A DNA stretch of 32,000 nucleotides from Vibrio vulnificus CMCP6 (GCF_000039765.1 NC_004460.2:330001-362000), one strand, 5' to 3'. Shown: positions 1 through 9,815, counted from the first letter of the stretch. Program-made: numbers and translations. Notes: generated by a model from the letters alone, not told the origin.

Positions 1-1095
1 TGGAAACTCGTCTTCAATTTTAAAAAGCAACCACTCTTCTACAGAAGGAATCCAATCGGTCGCAAGCTGCTGGTTATCCGACTGGAGGTAATCCTTACTC
101 GCTTCGGCTAGTTGTCTTAGTCGGCGAGTATCTTCACATAAACGTCGAAACTCATCATAAACTGTTTCCGGTAAGTGCTCAAACTCTCGACGAAAGCCCT
201 CTACCGTTAGTGATAAACTGGCAATCGGAGTGCGAAGTTCATGTGTAAGAATCTGAAGTACCAACATACGACTTCTCAGCTCTTGGCGCTTGCTATTCCA
301 ACGGTACACTGCCCATCCGGCCACCAGCATGATATTGGCAATAACCAATACGATCATAGAGAAACGTAAGATTTGCGAATGGTCTTCTACATCCCAGCAA
401 ATATTTCCTCGCTGAACAAAACAACTTGCGTTATCCGCGCGAACACTTAAGGACAATCCCGCAGTTTCAACGTTGGTAGACCAAACACTCTTGTCGAATA
501 CGTGGTAATAGTCCCCTCGCCTTAGCCAAAGATCATCTTTATCCAAAAACATGATCGAACCAGCAATCAAAGCATTGATGGTTTCATCATCCATTGCTCT
601 CAGACTGCTTAATAGTTCGTTACCTTCCTCATCCATTCGTTCCTTGATGTGCATGAATTTTTTTAGATTTTCATGCTCTTCTGGAAACTTTTGAATGTAG
701 CGAGCGGCGTAAGTCCCGCCACCCGGATGAATCAATGCGGAACGAGAAAACCAGCGAGTATTAAGCTTCACCCCTTTACAAACTGAACGAGTGAAAACTA
801 ATGGCTCCGTGATCAATGGGCTGAGTGGTAGCTTGCCATTGCAGGTTTTGGACAGTTGATACAGTTGTTGTATGTCTTTCAGTGGGTAATTCGCCGTTTG
901 TGGCAGCATTGAGTCAGGCGAAAGAAGTTTAGTAGGGAATGACGACTGTAAATCGCGGATGTCGTATGTTTTGCTTGCGGAATCATAATCAAATAACTCT
1001 GTGAAAAAATCAATGCGCTCCGGCAACGAGTCTGCCAGAGCACTGGGTACTAGGTTCACAGAAAGCAGCAATGATAAGCAGAGTTTTTTAATCAA
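1..1095 (-). CDS. vxrA: Sensor histidine kinase with N-terminal DUF3404-like sensor region (VxrA/WigK type), 3' end cut by window edge
   Basis: Manual reverse-strand translation from a TTG at 1093-1095 gives MIKKLCLSLLLSVNLVPSALADSLPERIDFF...; a signal peptide, long periplasmic region, TM segment and H-box HELRTPIASLSLTVEGFR. Open to window position 1. It lies immediately downstream of pntAB, as I recall for the V. cholerae vxr locus. Missing from the ORF track because it has no stop in the window. Confidence 0.8.
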   Translation of the reverse strand, partial: MIKKLCLSLLLSVNLVPSALADSLPERIDFFTELFDYDSASKTYDIRDLQSSFPTKLLSPDSMLPQTANYPLKDIQQLYQLSKTCNGKLPLSPLITEPLVFTRSVCKGVKLNTRWFSRSALIHPGGGTYAARYIQKFPEEHENLKKFMHIKERMDEEGNELLSSLRAMDDETINALIAGSIMFLDKDDLWLRRGDYYHVFDKSVWSTNVETAGLSLSVRADNASCFVQRGNICWDVEDHSQILRFSMIVLVIANIMLVAGWAVYRWNSKRQELRSRMLVLQILTHELRTPIASLSLTVEGFRREFEHLPETVYDEFRRLCEDTRRLRQLAEASKDYLQSDNQQLATDWIPSVEEWLLFKIEDEFP

Positions 1096-1189
1096 AACAT
1101 TGTACGACGTCGTTATTATTGCCCCCAATATACAACATATTCATGAAAGTTTACATTTGTGGGATTCGGTATTTGATTGGATCGATTAG

Positions 1190-1226
1190 AAAAACAACAA
1201 AAAGGCCAGCTTTTCAGCTGGCCTTC
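1190..1226 (-). terminator. Rho-independent terminator of pntB
   Basis: Perfect inverted repeat AAGGCCAGC (1202-1210) / GCTGGCCTT (1217-1225), 6-nt loop, followed on the minus strand by a T-rich tract (TTTTTGTTGTTTTTC). Confidence 0.85.
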
Positions 1227-1240
1227 GTCTTTTAGGTAAA

Positions 1241-2635
1241 TTATAACGCTTTTGAAATCGCATCCACGCTATCTTTGGCATCACCAAAGAGCATTGATGT
1301 GTTCTCTTTAAAGAACAATGGGTTCTGAACTCCAGCGTAGCCAGTATTCATTGAACGTTTGAAAACAATAACGTTTTTTGCATGCCAAACTTCCAATACT
1401 GGCATGCCGGCGATTGGGCTGTTTGGATCTTCTAGCGCAGCTGGGTTAACGGTGTCATTCGCACCAATAACCAACACGGTATCCGTGTCTGAGAAGTCGT
1501 CATTGATCTCATCCATTTCCAGAACGATGTCATAAGGCACTTTTGCTTCAGCGAGCAGCACGTTCATGTGACCTGGTAGACGACCCGCTACTGGGTGAAT
1601 ACCGAAACGAACATTCACACCTTGCGCACGCAGTTTTTCTGTGATCTCGTGAACTGGGTATTGAGCTTGTGCTACTGCCATGCCATATCCAGGAGTGATG
1701 ATGACTGACTTGGAGTTTTTCAGCATATCCGCTACATCTTCTGCATTGATTTCACGATGCTCACCATACTCTTCATCACCGGAAATCACGACTTCCTGGC
1801 CAAAGCCACCGGCGATAACGCTGATAAACGAGCGGTTCATCGCTTTACACATGATGTACGAAAGAATTGCACCTGAAGAACCAACGAGAGCACCAGTCAC
1901 GATCAACAGATCGTTTGCTAGCATGAAACCTGCCGCGGCAGCTGCCCAACCAGAGTAAGAGTTCAGCATAGAGACCACAACTGGCATATCCGCACCACCG
2001 ATCGATGCCACCAAGTGGTAACCAAATGCGAAAGCAATCAGCGTCATCACAATTAAGGCAAACATACTGCCGTCTGCGTTAACAAAGTGAATCATAAGCA
2101 GAGTCGAAACAACGATAGCTGCGAGATTCATCTTGTGTTTATGAGGCAAGTTAAGTGGCGATGAAGAAATGATACCGCGTAACTTTCCGAATGCGACAAT
2201 CGACCCAGTAAAGGTTACCGCACCAATGAACACGCCCAAAAATACTTCAACTAAGTGAATTACGTGTTCTGCGTGCATTCCCGCTGGGTCAAGAGAGACT
2301 GGCGCAGGTGGTTCAAGATAGCTGTTGTAACCAACCAAAACAGCCGCCATACCCACAAAACTATGTAGAATGGCCACTAATTCTGGCATTTCTGTCATTT
2401 CAACTTTCTTAGCGTAGTGGATACCAATACCACCACCAATCACCATGGCAACAATGACCCAAGCAAAACCTTCCGCACTAGGACTGAAGATGGTTGCAAG
2501 TAGCGCAATTGCCATACCGGCAATGCCGTAGTAGTTCCCTGATCTTGCTGATTCTTGCTTAGATAGACCAGCAAGGCTCAGAATAAAAAATAGTGCAGCA
2601 ACGATATAGGCCGCCTGTACTAATCCTGCAGACAT
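1241..2635 (-). CDS. pntB: NAD(P) transhydrogenase subunit beta
   Basis: 464 aa, multi-pass N-terminus and C-terminal NADP-binding domain ([64 protein letters not shown]). Confidence 0.97.
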   Translation of the reverse strand: MSAGLVQAAYIVAALFFILSLAGLSKQESARSGNYYGIAGMAIALLATIFSPSAEGFAWVIVAMVIGGGIGIHYAKKVEMTEMPELVAILHSFVGMAAVLVGYNSYLEPPAPVSLDPAGMHAEHVIHLVEVFLGVFIGAVTFTGSIVAFGKLRGIISSSPLNLPHKHKMNLAAIVVSTLLMIHFVNADGSMFALIVMTLIAFAFGYHLVASIGGADMPVVVSMLNSYSGWAAAAAGFMLANDLLIVTGALVGSSGAILSYIMCKAMNRSFISVIAGGFGQEVVISGDEEYGEHREINAEDVADMLKNSKSVIITPGYGMAVAQAQYPVHEITEKLRAQGVNVRFGIHPVAGRLPGHMNVLLAEAKVPYDIVLEMDEINDDFSDTDTVLVIGANDTVNPAALEDPNSPIAGMPVLEVWHAKNVIVFKRSMNTGYAGVQNPLFFKENTSMLFGDAKDSVDAISKAL

Positions 2636-2648
2636 TGGTTACTCCCTA

Positions 2649-4205
2649 TTATTTATCTTTGCGGAACATTTCGAGCATGCGTTTGGTTACCGTAAAGCCA
2701 CCAAAAATATTAATGCTCGCGATCAACACAGCAATAAACGCCAAAAACGTCACTGCCCCATTTCCTTGGCCAATCTGTAACAAGGCACCGACAACGATGA
2801 TCCCCGAAATCGCATTGGTTACCGACATCAGCGGAGTGTGAAGTGCGTGTGTGACATTCCATACCACGTAGTACCCCACAACACACGCTAAAACGAATAC
2901 CGTAAAATGTGCGAGGAACGCGGCTGGCGCAACGGATGCAATCCATGCGAATGCACCGACACCCACTGCAAGTCCGGCCAGTTTTTTCACTGGAGAAACG
3001 GGCTCTTGTACTTTTAGTGCTGGCTTTTCAACCGCTTTTGGTTTGGCTTGAGGCTGAGCAGAAACTTGAATTGGTGGCGCAGGCCAGGTGATTTCACCAT
3101 CTTTAACCACCGTGACACCACGTAGTACAACATCTTCGAAATCGATATTGATGTTGCCATCTTTTTCTTTACACAACAGTTTGAAAAGGTTAACTAAGTT
3201 TGTTGCATAAAGTTGTGAAGATTGAGTCGGCAAACGACCAACCATGTCGGTGTAACCGATCACTTTTACGCCGTTAGCCGTCGTGATAACTTGGTTTGCG
3301 ATTGTGTATTCGCAGTTACCACCGTTAGCAGCAGCAAGGTCAACAATCACACTGCCCGCTTTCATGCTATCTACCATTTCCTTGGTAATCAGCTTAGGCG
3401 CTGGCTTACCTGGAATCAGTGCGGTTGTGATAATGATATCAACATCTTTCGCCTGTGCAGCATACAGCTCCGCAGCTTTCTTGTTGAAGTCATCAGACAT
3501 CTCTTTCGCATAACCGTCACCAGAACCAGCAGCTTCTTGGTAATCAACAGAAAGAAACTCTGCACCCATGGATTCCACTTGTTCTTTAACTTCTGGACGA
3601 ACGTCAAAAGCACGAACAATAGCACCTAGGCTACCAGCAGCACCGATAGCAGCCAAACCAGCAACACCCGCACCGGCGACAAACACTTTCGCTGGTGGTA
3701 CCTTACCTGCAGCAGTAATCTGCCCTGTAAAGAAACGCCCAAACTCATGTGCTGCTTCAACAACCGCTCGATAACCGGCGATGTTGGCCATTGAAGACAA
3801 CGCATCCAGTGCCTGAGCACGAGAGATACGTGGCACCGCATCCATAGCCAGCACATTGATGTTCTTACTAGAGAGTTGTTCCATCAACTGAGGGTTTTGA
3901 GCTGGCCAAATAAAGCTAACCAACGTTGCGCCTTCTTTGATCAACGCAATCTCGTCAATGCTTTTCTCTTCATCGATAATTGGCGCATTGACTTTAAGTA
4001 TCAGCTCAGAATTCCAAGCTTCTTCTTTAGAAACCATTTTCGCACCAGCTGATTCATATGCTGAATCATCAAAGCTGGCTAACGCCCCCGCTTGGGTTTC
4101 GACAACAACGTCAAACCCCAATTTAATTAGCTGCTCAACCGAACTTGGCGAAGCAGCGACTCGCGTTTCTCCCGCGAGTAGTTCTCTTGGTACACCAATT
4201 TGCAT
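2649..4205 (-). CDS. pntA: NAD(P) transhydrogenase subunit alpha
   Basis: [31 protein letters not shown]..., [45 protein letters not shown]. Start trimmed from the track's 4337 to the conserved N-terminus at 4205. Confidence 0.97.
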   Translation of the reverse strand: MQIGVPRELLAGETRVAASPSSVEQLIKLGFDVVVETQAGALASFDDSAYESAGAKMVSKEEAWNSELILKVNAPIIDEEKSIDEIALIKEGATLVSFIWPAQNPQLMEQLSSKNINVLAMDAVPRISRAQALDALSSMANIAGYRAVVEAAHEFGRFFTGQITAAGKVPPAKVFVAGAGVAGLAAIGAAGSLGAIVRAFDVRPEVKEQVESMGAEFLSVDYQEAAGSGDGYAKEMSDDFNKKAAELYAAQAKDVDIIITTALIPGKPAPKLITKEMVDSMKAGSVIVDLAAANGGNCEYTIANQVITTANGVKVIGYTDMVGRLPTQSSQLYATNLVNLFKLLCKEKDGNINIDFEDVVLRGVTVVKDGEITWPAPPIQVSAQPQAKPKAVEKPALKVQEPVSPVKKLAGLAVGVGAFAWIASVAPAAFLAHFTVFVLACVVGYYVVWNVTHALHTPLMSVTNAISGIIVVGALLQIGQGNGAVTFLAFIAVLIASINIFGGFTVTKRMLEMFRKDK

Positions 4206-4274
4206 AGCTATTCCTTGACTATTGGCCTTGTTAATCATCTTTTTGTATCTAACGCAGGATGCGACTTCAAGTGT

Positions 4275-4293
4275 TTTGTAGTTAAAATACAAA
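4275..4293. promoter_or_regulatory. Inverted repeat TTTGTA-N7-TACAAA upstream of pntA
   Basis: TTTGTA (4275-4280), GTTAAAA, TACAAA (4288-4293) read directly; 70-88 bp upstream of the pntA start. Confidence 0.4.
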
Positions 4294-4297
4294 TTTT

Positions 4298-4321
4298 CAT
4301 TACATATAACCCTATGTAATG
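4298..4321. promoter_or_regulatory. Perfect inverted repeat CATTACATA-N6-TATGTAATG upstream of pntA
   Basis: 9-bp perfect arms, spacer TAACCC, read directly. Confidence 0.5.
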
Positions 4322-4441
4322 AAGGAACTCTACGCACCCCGCGAAATAAAACAACGACATATCAACAAGACAGAGGTCCTACCAGACCTTGAATTATTGG
4401 TTATTTTACAACCACATAGATTAAATTTTTGCGTAACAAAC

Positions 4442-4476
4442 AAAAAGAGCCACCAGCATAAACACTAATGGCTCTT
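4442..4476 (-). terminator. Probable rho-independent terminator downstream of the HlyU-domain gene
   Basis: AAGAGCCA (4445-4452) / TGGCTCTT (4469-4476), followed on the minus strand by TTTTTGTTTTGTT; the loop is long (16 nt). Confidence 0.6.
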
Positions 4477-4510
4477 GTGATGATGACAGGAATCAAAACC
4501 CGAGAAACTT

Positions 4511-4792
4511 TTAGCTAAATATCTCGTCTCTCATCTGGTCAATGAACATTTGCGCCTTTTTGACCATCAACTCGTTTGCATCTGCTTCAGAGGTCAAAAC
4601 ATCCGATCGGATGAATCGATGACTTTTTAGTTCGCCCTCTACCTCTTTTGTAATTCTACCAGCGACGCGATATTGACCGCCTTCTTGTAAACTCTCGGCA
4701 TAAATCAAAAAGCCTTTATGCTCAATTGGCTCAATTTCTTTCTTTGCTTCACTATCTTTTGAAGACCCAAACAGGCGTGAAAATAACCCCAT
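4511..4792 (-). CDS. Small HlyU-domain family protein (PF10115-like, not the ArsR-type HlyU)
   Basis: 93 aa: MGLFSRLFGSSKD...EPIEHKGFLIYAESLQEGGQYRVAGRITKEVEGELKSHRFIRSDV. Confidence 0.7.
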   Translation of the reverse strand: MGLFSRLFGSSKDSEAKKEIEPIEHKGFLIYAESLQEGGQYRVAGRITKEVEGELKSHRFIRSDVLTSEADANELMVKKAQMFIDQMRDEIFS

Positions 4793-4798
4793 TATTCC

Positions 4799-5173
4799 TC
4801 ACTCATGTGGTTTGTTGAATTTCAATATCGGTTTCTCAAACCATTCAAGCGGCGCGTTGTCATCGTAATTCACGTGAAAGAAAACCACGGGAATATCGTC
4901 TGAACGATGTTGTCTTCTATCTTCAACGATCATGCTTTCGGCATTTTTAACGGCAACTTCACTGTTGTGTTTGAACTGAACTACCCTCTCTTCAGGTAGT
5001 GCAGATAAAAAATCGATATCAAAGCGGATATAAACAGGTTTGAGTTGCACAAGCGCTAAACACGCTAAATCGGCCAATTGTTCCGACGTGTACTTACTCA
5101 CATACTCATCCTGAGCGAGAACCTGACCAACCAGAGTTTCCATGTAATTATGAACATCGACACTGATTTGCAT
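4799..5173 (-). CDS. ComFB-like late competence development family protein
   Basis: 124 aa: VHNYMETLVGQVLAQDEYVSKYTSEQLADLACLALVQLKPVYIRFDIDFLSALPEE, characteristic of the ComFB domain. Confidence 0.7.
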   Translation of the reverse strand: MQISVDVHNYMETLVGQVLAQDEYVSKYTSEQLADLACLALVQLKPVYIRFDIDFLSALPEERVVQFKHNSEVAVKNAESMIVEDRRQHRSDDIPVVFFHVNYDDNAPLEWFEKPILKFNKPHE

Positions 5174-5379
5174 TAAAGCATCTCCTTGTTTTTATTATGC
5201 TCGGTACATCAACAGTATACGCAGCGGCTTTTTGAAACCAAGCTTTGTCATTCACTTTTACTGTCATTATCAATAAATCACTACTTAAGTTTAGCAAAAG
5301 GCTTGGAAAATCCAGAAATAATCGTATTCTACTAGGTTCTTCATACCCATTCGTTAGTGTTATAGGAAGTCAGCGGTTA

Positions 5380-6624
5380 ATGACGTCTCCGGTAGTTAGT
5401 AGTGCTCAGTTTAAAATCTTCTTTCCCGTCGGTTTACTCGGGATTGTGGCAATGGGGATGGATAACATCATCGTCATGACACAAGCAAACTGGGGGTTGG
5501 CTGCAAACTTGCCTTATATCTTGCTCGGGACCGTTTTTTTACTCTGTAGTGTATTCAAACAAGGCCGCATTGCGATGATCGCAATGGCAATGATCATTAC
5601 CTACTCTGTTATTCAAAACCGCCTGCAAATTCCGTTAAGCAGTGGGAGTGTTTTACTCGAGCTCTCTTTACTTGCTTTCTTACTGCCAGTGGCTTGTTTT
5701 GTCGTCTATCTGTTTAACGCTTCAGGCATGCACAGCAAGTCCATTGCCACTTACGGATTGGTCCTTGGCGTGTTAACAGTTTGGTCTTTCATCTTCCTTA
5801 GCTACTTTCAAGAAGCAGGTTTTGAGCATTGGAATAATGGATTGCTCTTCTCTGTCGCTGCGATTTCAAAATTGCCTCTTTTGCTTGTGGCCTATTGCAC
5901 TGCCATCGTTTTGGCCACGGCGATTTTGGTTCTGAAGCACAATCGCCCTATTGAGGTGTCGATTTATACGTGTTTGCTCTTAGCTTCAACCACCTTTACG
6001 TTTTTTGATGTGAAGTTCATCTCCAGTACCATGTTCACCTTGGCAGGAATTTTGCTGATTATGCATGTGGTCCAGGCCAGTCATGAGCTGGCATTTATCG
6101 ATGTGCTGACACAACTACCAAGCCGCCGCGCGTTAGAAATGGACGTTAAACACTTAGGTCGACGTTTTTCTATCGCCATGATCGATGTGGATCATTTTAA
6201 AAAATTTAACGACACCTATGGGCATGACACTGGCGATGACGTTTTGAAACTTGTTGGCTCTCGCTTGCTCTTAATTAAGGGCGGAGCAAAGGTTTATCGT
6301 TATGGTGGAGAAGAATTTACCGTGGTGTTTAAAGGGAAAACCTCGAAAGAAGTACAAGGTTACCTAGATGACATTCGAGAAGATATTGCGAACTACGATC
6401 TCGTTTTAAGGAATGACACGACACGCCCAAGCAAAGCGAGTGAAGGAAAGAAACGTCGTGGCACTCAAGAAAATACAATGAACACGGTCAATGTAACGGT
6501 CAGTATTGGTGTGTCAGACAGCCGTTCTTCGAAAGATCCAGATACCATTCGTAGCTTGGCAGACGAAGCCTTGTATAAAGCGAAGAAAGCAGGTAGAAAC
6601 CAAGTCATGACGAAGGTCGAATAA
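5380..6624 (+). CDS. Membrane-anchored GGDEF diguanylate cyclase
   Basis: Multi-TM N-terminus, then DVLTQLPSRRALEMD, DVDHFKKFNDTYGHDTGDDVLK, YRYGGEEFTVVF, TVSIGVSDS. Start moved from the track's 5245 to ATG 5380, which has an upstream AGGAAG. Confidence 0.93.
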   Translation: MTSPVVSSAQFKIFFPVGLLGIVAMGMDNIIVMTQANWGLAANLPYILLGTVFLLCSVFKQGRIAMIAMAMIITYSVIQNRLQIPLSSGSVLLELSLLAFLLPVACFVVYLFNASGMHSKSIATYGLVLGVLTVWSFIFLSYFQEAGFEHWNNGLLFSVAAISKLPLLLVAYCTAIVLATAILVLKHNRPIEVSIYTCLLLASTTFTFFDVKFISSTMFTLAGILLIMHVVQASHELAFIDVLTQLPSRRALEMDVKHLGRRFSIAMIDVDHFKKFNDTYGHDTGDDVLKLVGSRLLLIKGGAKVYRYGGEEFTVVFKGKTSKEVQGYLDDIREDIANYDLVLRNDTTRPSKASEGKKRRGTQENTMNTVNVTVSIGVSDSRSSKDPDTIRSLADEALYKAKKAGRNQVMTKVE

Positions 6625-6675
6625 ATACCGATTTGTCAGACTCTTTCCCTTGCCAAATATTTGAAATTTATGGCG

Positions 6676-7671
6676 TCAATCTTGGTTAAAGAAGAGCACT
6701 AAACTCCCGCCCTTCAGAGCACTACCATAATTAAGGCTTAAGCCGATACCAACATTGTCTACCCACTGCGTTTTGAAAGGCGGTGTCATTAACCATCCGA
6801 CACTCGCTTCATAATAGTGATGCGTACCGAGCGACTCGGAAGTATCGCCTCCAACATCAACCCGATTAAAACTCGTGTAAACAGATTGAACTGCACGTCC
6901 CCACTTTTCGAAGTCGTAGAACATTTTGACACCGTTAACCCAATACCAACCTTCTGGGTTACCAACCTGCCCTCGGTTTGCTTCACCCCAACCTTGGCCA
7001 TAAAAATAATGTGCCGAGCTCCAGTAATACCACTTTCCCCAAGGCTTCATTTGTAAATATTTGGCTTGTACATTAGGCTCAGCGACCAAAGCCCAAGCAT
7101 CGGTATTAACCAAATAACCATCGATGACACTTTTATAATCCGCCAATGCATCGCTGCGATAGGTATAGTCACTTCGGTAATACATTAAATGCGCCCCAAT
7201 GGAGGCATCAAAAGTCCAGTTTTCGCTCAGTTGTCGTGAGTTTGTGTACTCAAGAAATGCGCCAAGCACATACTCGCGATGGCTATCGGACACCCCAACA
7301 TCTGCGATGGAAACGTCTTGTTCAATACCTAGAGCAGATAAACGACCTTGCAGGCTGTGTTTTATTTGGCTGTCGGAATCCTCGTACAAGGCAAACTCAA
7401 ACGGGAGCGTTGATACACCAATTTTTTTGCGCAAATTGACTGAATCGGCACTTCCCAGCTCTTCATTGTCGAGATTTAGCCATTCATTCGGGTCAAAGTC
7501 GTGAAAGCCAACAGTAAAAACATCACTGTCGGTAAGAACAATGGCCGTTGCAAAGTTTCGCTCCAGCTCTTTTTGGATTAGGTCATTGAGCTCTTGGGCA
7601 GACAATGCAAAGGAAGGCAGCAAGATTATGGCAAAAACTGAGGTACTCACAGCAAAAGGAAAACGTAGCAT
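6676..7671 (-). CDS. Outer-membrane protein with solitary autotransporter-like beta-barrel domain
   Basis: 331 aa with signal peptide (MLRFPFAVSTSVFAIILLPSFALS), repeated amphipathic aromatic strands and C-terminal SLVLFFNQD. Family assignment from memory of Vibrio 'solitary outer membrane autotransporter beta-barrel' proteins. Confidence 0.6.
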   Translation of the reverse strand: MLRFPFAVSTSVFAIILLPSFALSAQELNDLIQKELERNFATAIVLTDSDVFTVGFHDFDPNEWLNLDNEELGSADSVNLRKKIGVSTLPFEFALYEDSDSQIKHSLQGRLSALGIEQDVSIADVGVSDSHREYVLGAFLEYTNSRQLSENWTFDASIGAHLMYYRSDYTYRSDALADYKSVIDGYLVNTDAWALVAEPNVQAKYLQMKPWGKWYYWSSAHYFYGQGWGEANRGQVGNPEGWYWVNGVKMFYDFEKWGRAVQSVYTSFNRVDVGGDTSESLGTHHYYEASVGWLMTPPFKTQWVDNVGIGLSLNYGSALKGGSLVLFFNQD

Positions 7672-7673
7672 AA

Positions 7674-8633
7674 TTAAGATGCTCTGAAAGTCACGTAACG
7701 GTTTTTACCTTCTAACTTGGCTTGATAAAGCGCCTTATCAGCAAACTGATAAATTGTCTGCAGTTCTTCCCTACCATTTGGAATAAAAGTGTAGACACCT
7801 TGTGACAAGGTAACAACATCAGATACAGCAGAAAATGCATGCGGGTAACTGAGGTCCGCAACCGCTTTATGAATTCTTTCCGCTGCTTTAACGGCTTGCT
7901 CTGCATCACTGCCACCAAGTAACACGACAAACTCTTCACCGCCGTAGCGACCGACACAGTCAGCATTACGTTGAAACAAACTCTTAATTGTATTCGCCGT
8001 GGCTTGAAGACATTTGTCCCCTTCAATATGGCCATAGTTGTCGTTAAACAATTTGAAGTTATCGATATCCAAAAGGATGACACTGATTGGTAAACGGTGC
8101 CGTCCGTACCAGCCTAACATTTGCCCCAACTGCTCATCGATATAACGGCGATTGTAAATCTTCGTTAGGCCATCTTCGTTTGCCTGCTGTTGCAATAACG
8201 CATTTAGCTCAGCCAGTTTCGCGGTTTTCTTTTTTAGCTCTCGACGCATATGTGCAATGCGCTGCATCGCGATCAACTTAGAGCTGAGTACCAATTTATC
8301 GACGGGCTTGGTTAAGTAGTCATCTCCCCCGGCTTCTATCGCTTTTGCGATCACTTCAGGTTCTTCATGACTACTGAGGAATATAATGGGTACCCACTCT
8401 TCAAACTGAGTACGAATCGCTTTGGAAACATCAAAGCCATCCATTTCTGGCATACTGATATCAAGCAAAACCAGCTCAGGGTCAAACTCTTCGTACAAGC
8501 GCAATGCTTCTCTACCACTCGAAACCGCCTCGACAATATGCCCAAGCTGTTTCAAGCGAATGGCAAGCTGCATTCTATCGAGTTGCACGTCATCGACCAG
8601 CATAATGCGCATGGATGAGCCAGTTGATATCAT
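7674..8633 (-). CDS. Response regulator with REC and GGDEF domains (diguanylate cyclase)
   Basis: REC: MRIMLVDDVQLDRMQLAIRL...PELVLLDISMPEMDGFDV...EAGGDDYLTKPVD; GGDEF: DGLTKIYNRRYIDEQL...DIDNFKLFNDNYGHIEGDKCL...GRYGGEEFVVLLGG. Confidence 0.95.
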   Translation of the reverse strand: MISTGSSMRIMLVDDVQLDRMQLAIRLKQLGHIVEAVSSGREALRLYEEFDPELVLLDISMPEMDGFDVSKAIRTQFEEWVPIIFLSSHEEPEVIAKAIEAGGDDYLTKPVDKLVLSSKLIAMQRIAHMRRELKKKTAKLAELNALLQQQANEDGLTKIYNRRYIDEQLGQMLGWYGRHRLPISVILLDIDNFKLFNDNYGHIEGDKCLQATANTIKSLFQRNADCVGRYGGEEFVVLLGGSDAEQAVKAAERIHKAVADLSYPHAFSAVSDVVTLSQGVYTFIPNGREELQTIYQFADKALYQAKLEGKNRYVTFRAS

Positions 8634-8772
8634 CGTTTCCTCTATCGGACTTCACATCTGTTACTAAAGGTATATCATATCAACTTGCTGGTTTCATCCA
8701 GCTTATACCGTAATACGTTGACTTTTTTGAAGATCACCTTACTATTCCGCTTTTTTAAATGAGAGACGTGTC

Positions 8773-9210
8773 ATGTCAGAAGCAAATACTCCAGAAAAAC
8801 AACCCATCGACCTAGCAACGATTTCACCTGAATTACGTCAGGTTATCGAGTTTGACCAGGTTCCAGAAGCAATGTTTGAGATGGTAACGTCTATCCATGA
8901 AGTTTCTGAAGAAGCCGTCCGTGAAGCTTGGGATTCACTACCTGCAAGCGCGCAAAACGTACTAGACAATTTTGAACAGTTCCACGCACTGATCTCTGTA
9001 AGCCAAGCGTTCGCCGGCGTTAACGTGATGGAAGAGTTCCCTACAATGAATCTTCCAGAAGGCATGAGTGAAGAAGAGAAAGATGCCTACCGCGCTCAAC
9101 TGCTAGACCACGTACTCTTTAATTGTGTTAAGGACATGGTAAAACAGCTTAAGAAAGCGCGTCGCGACCCTATTCTGAAACGCGATTTCCGCGACGTATT
9201 CGCTAAGTAA
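8773..9210 (+). CDS. Conserved hypothetical protein (possibly DUF3069-like)
   Basis: 145-aa acidic ORF MSEANTPEKQPIDLATISPELRQVIEF..., followed directly by a strong terminator. Confidence 0.75.
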   Translation: MSEANTPEKQPIDLATISPELRQVIEFDQVPEAMFEMVTSIHEVSEEAVREAWDSLPASAQNVLDNFEQFHALISVSQAFAGVNVMEEFPTMNLPEGMSEEEKDAYRAQLLDHVLFNCVKDMVKQLKKARRDPILKRDFRDVFAK

Positions 9211-9213
9211 TGT

Positions 9214-9244
9214 AAAAAGCTGCTCACATGAGCAGCTTTTTTTA
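9214..9244. terminator. Bidirectional rho-independent terminator between convergent genes
   Basis: Perfect 12-bp stem AAAAAGCTGCTC (9214-9225), loop ACAT, GAGCAGCTTTTT (9230-9241), plus further Ts. Confidence 0.9.
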
Positions 9245-9246
9245 TC

Positions 9247-9732
9247 TTATTCGAACTGCCCCAACCACTCTTTAAGCACAGCGTTCAAAGCTTGTTTCTG
9301 TGGCTGTGAAAGATTTTTCAATAGCGCATGTTGAATCGCAACATGTTCTTCTATCAGCTTATTCACTGTCACCAATCCATGTTCTGTGAGCTCGACAGTA
9401 ACGCTGCGTCGATCTTCCTTGCTGTGTTGGCGCGAAATCAGACCTTTTTGCTCAAGCTTATCTAAACGGTTGGTCATTGCCCCAGAAGTCAGCATCAAAG
9501 ACCCCAATAACTCCGATGGCGTCAGACGATATGGCGCGCCACTTCTACGCAGAGTCGCAACCACGTCAAACTCTCCCATCTTGAGATCGTAACGTTTGTG
9601 CACCTCACCCACTGCGCTTTCCAAGTATTTGGTGATGCGGAATACGCGCCCCATGATAGCCATAGGCTCGGTATCTAACTCTGGTCGCTCTCTATCCCAC
9701 TGCTCTACTACACGATCAATTGCATCCATCAT
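9247..9732 (-). CDS. MarR-family transcriptional regulator
   Basis: 161 aa: LMLTSGAMTNRLDKLEQKGLISRQHSKEDRRSVTVELTEHG, a classic MarR wHTH. Confidence 0.93.
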   Translation of the reverse strand: MMDAIDRVVEQWDRERPELDTEPMAIMGRVFRITKYLESAVGEVHKRYDLKMGEFDVVATLRRSGAPYRLTPSELLGSLMLTSGAMTNRLDKLEQKGLISRQHSKEDRRSVTVELTEHGLVTVNKLIEEHVAIQHALLKNLSQPQKQALNAVLKEWLGQFE

Positions 9733-9758
9733 CTTATCTCAATCATTAGCTTGCGAGA

Positions 9759-9776
9759 TATCTTAATATAAAGATA
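9759..9776. promoter_or_regulatory. Candidate MarR operator 1
   Basis: TATCTTAATATAAAGATA, 16 of 18 positions palindromic. Confidence 0.6.
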
Positions 9777-9815
9777 CTTTACTTTCATCAAAAATAGGCA
9801 TACATTGAGTTTAAT

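Noticed and set aside
1001-1189. 62-aa plus-strand ORF and many other short ORFs in the track (e.g. 1680..1958, 3222..3629, 7146..7439, 11830..12375, 14448..14807, 18301..18783, 21479..21862, 22271..22594)
   Set aside because: They lie antisense to strong, conserved coding genes and show no protein-like features; typical shadow ORFs.
7712-8083. 123-aa minus-strand ORF inside the REC-GGDEF gene
   Set aside because: Alternative frame of the conserved GGDEF coding region.
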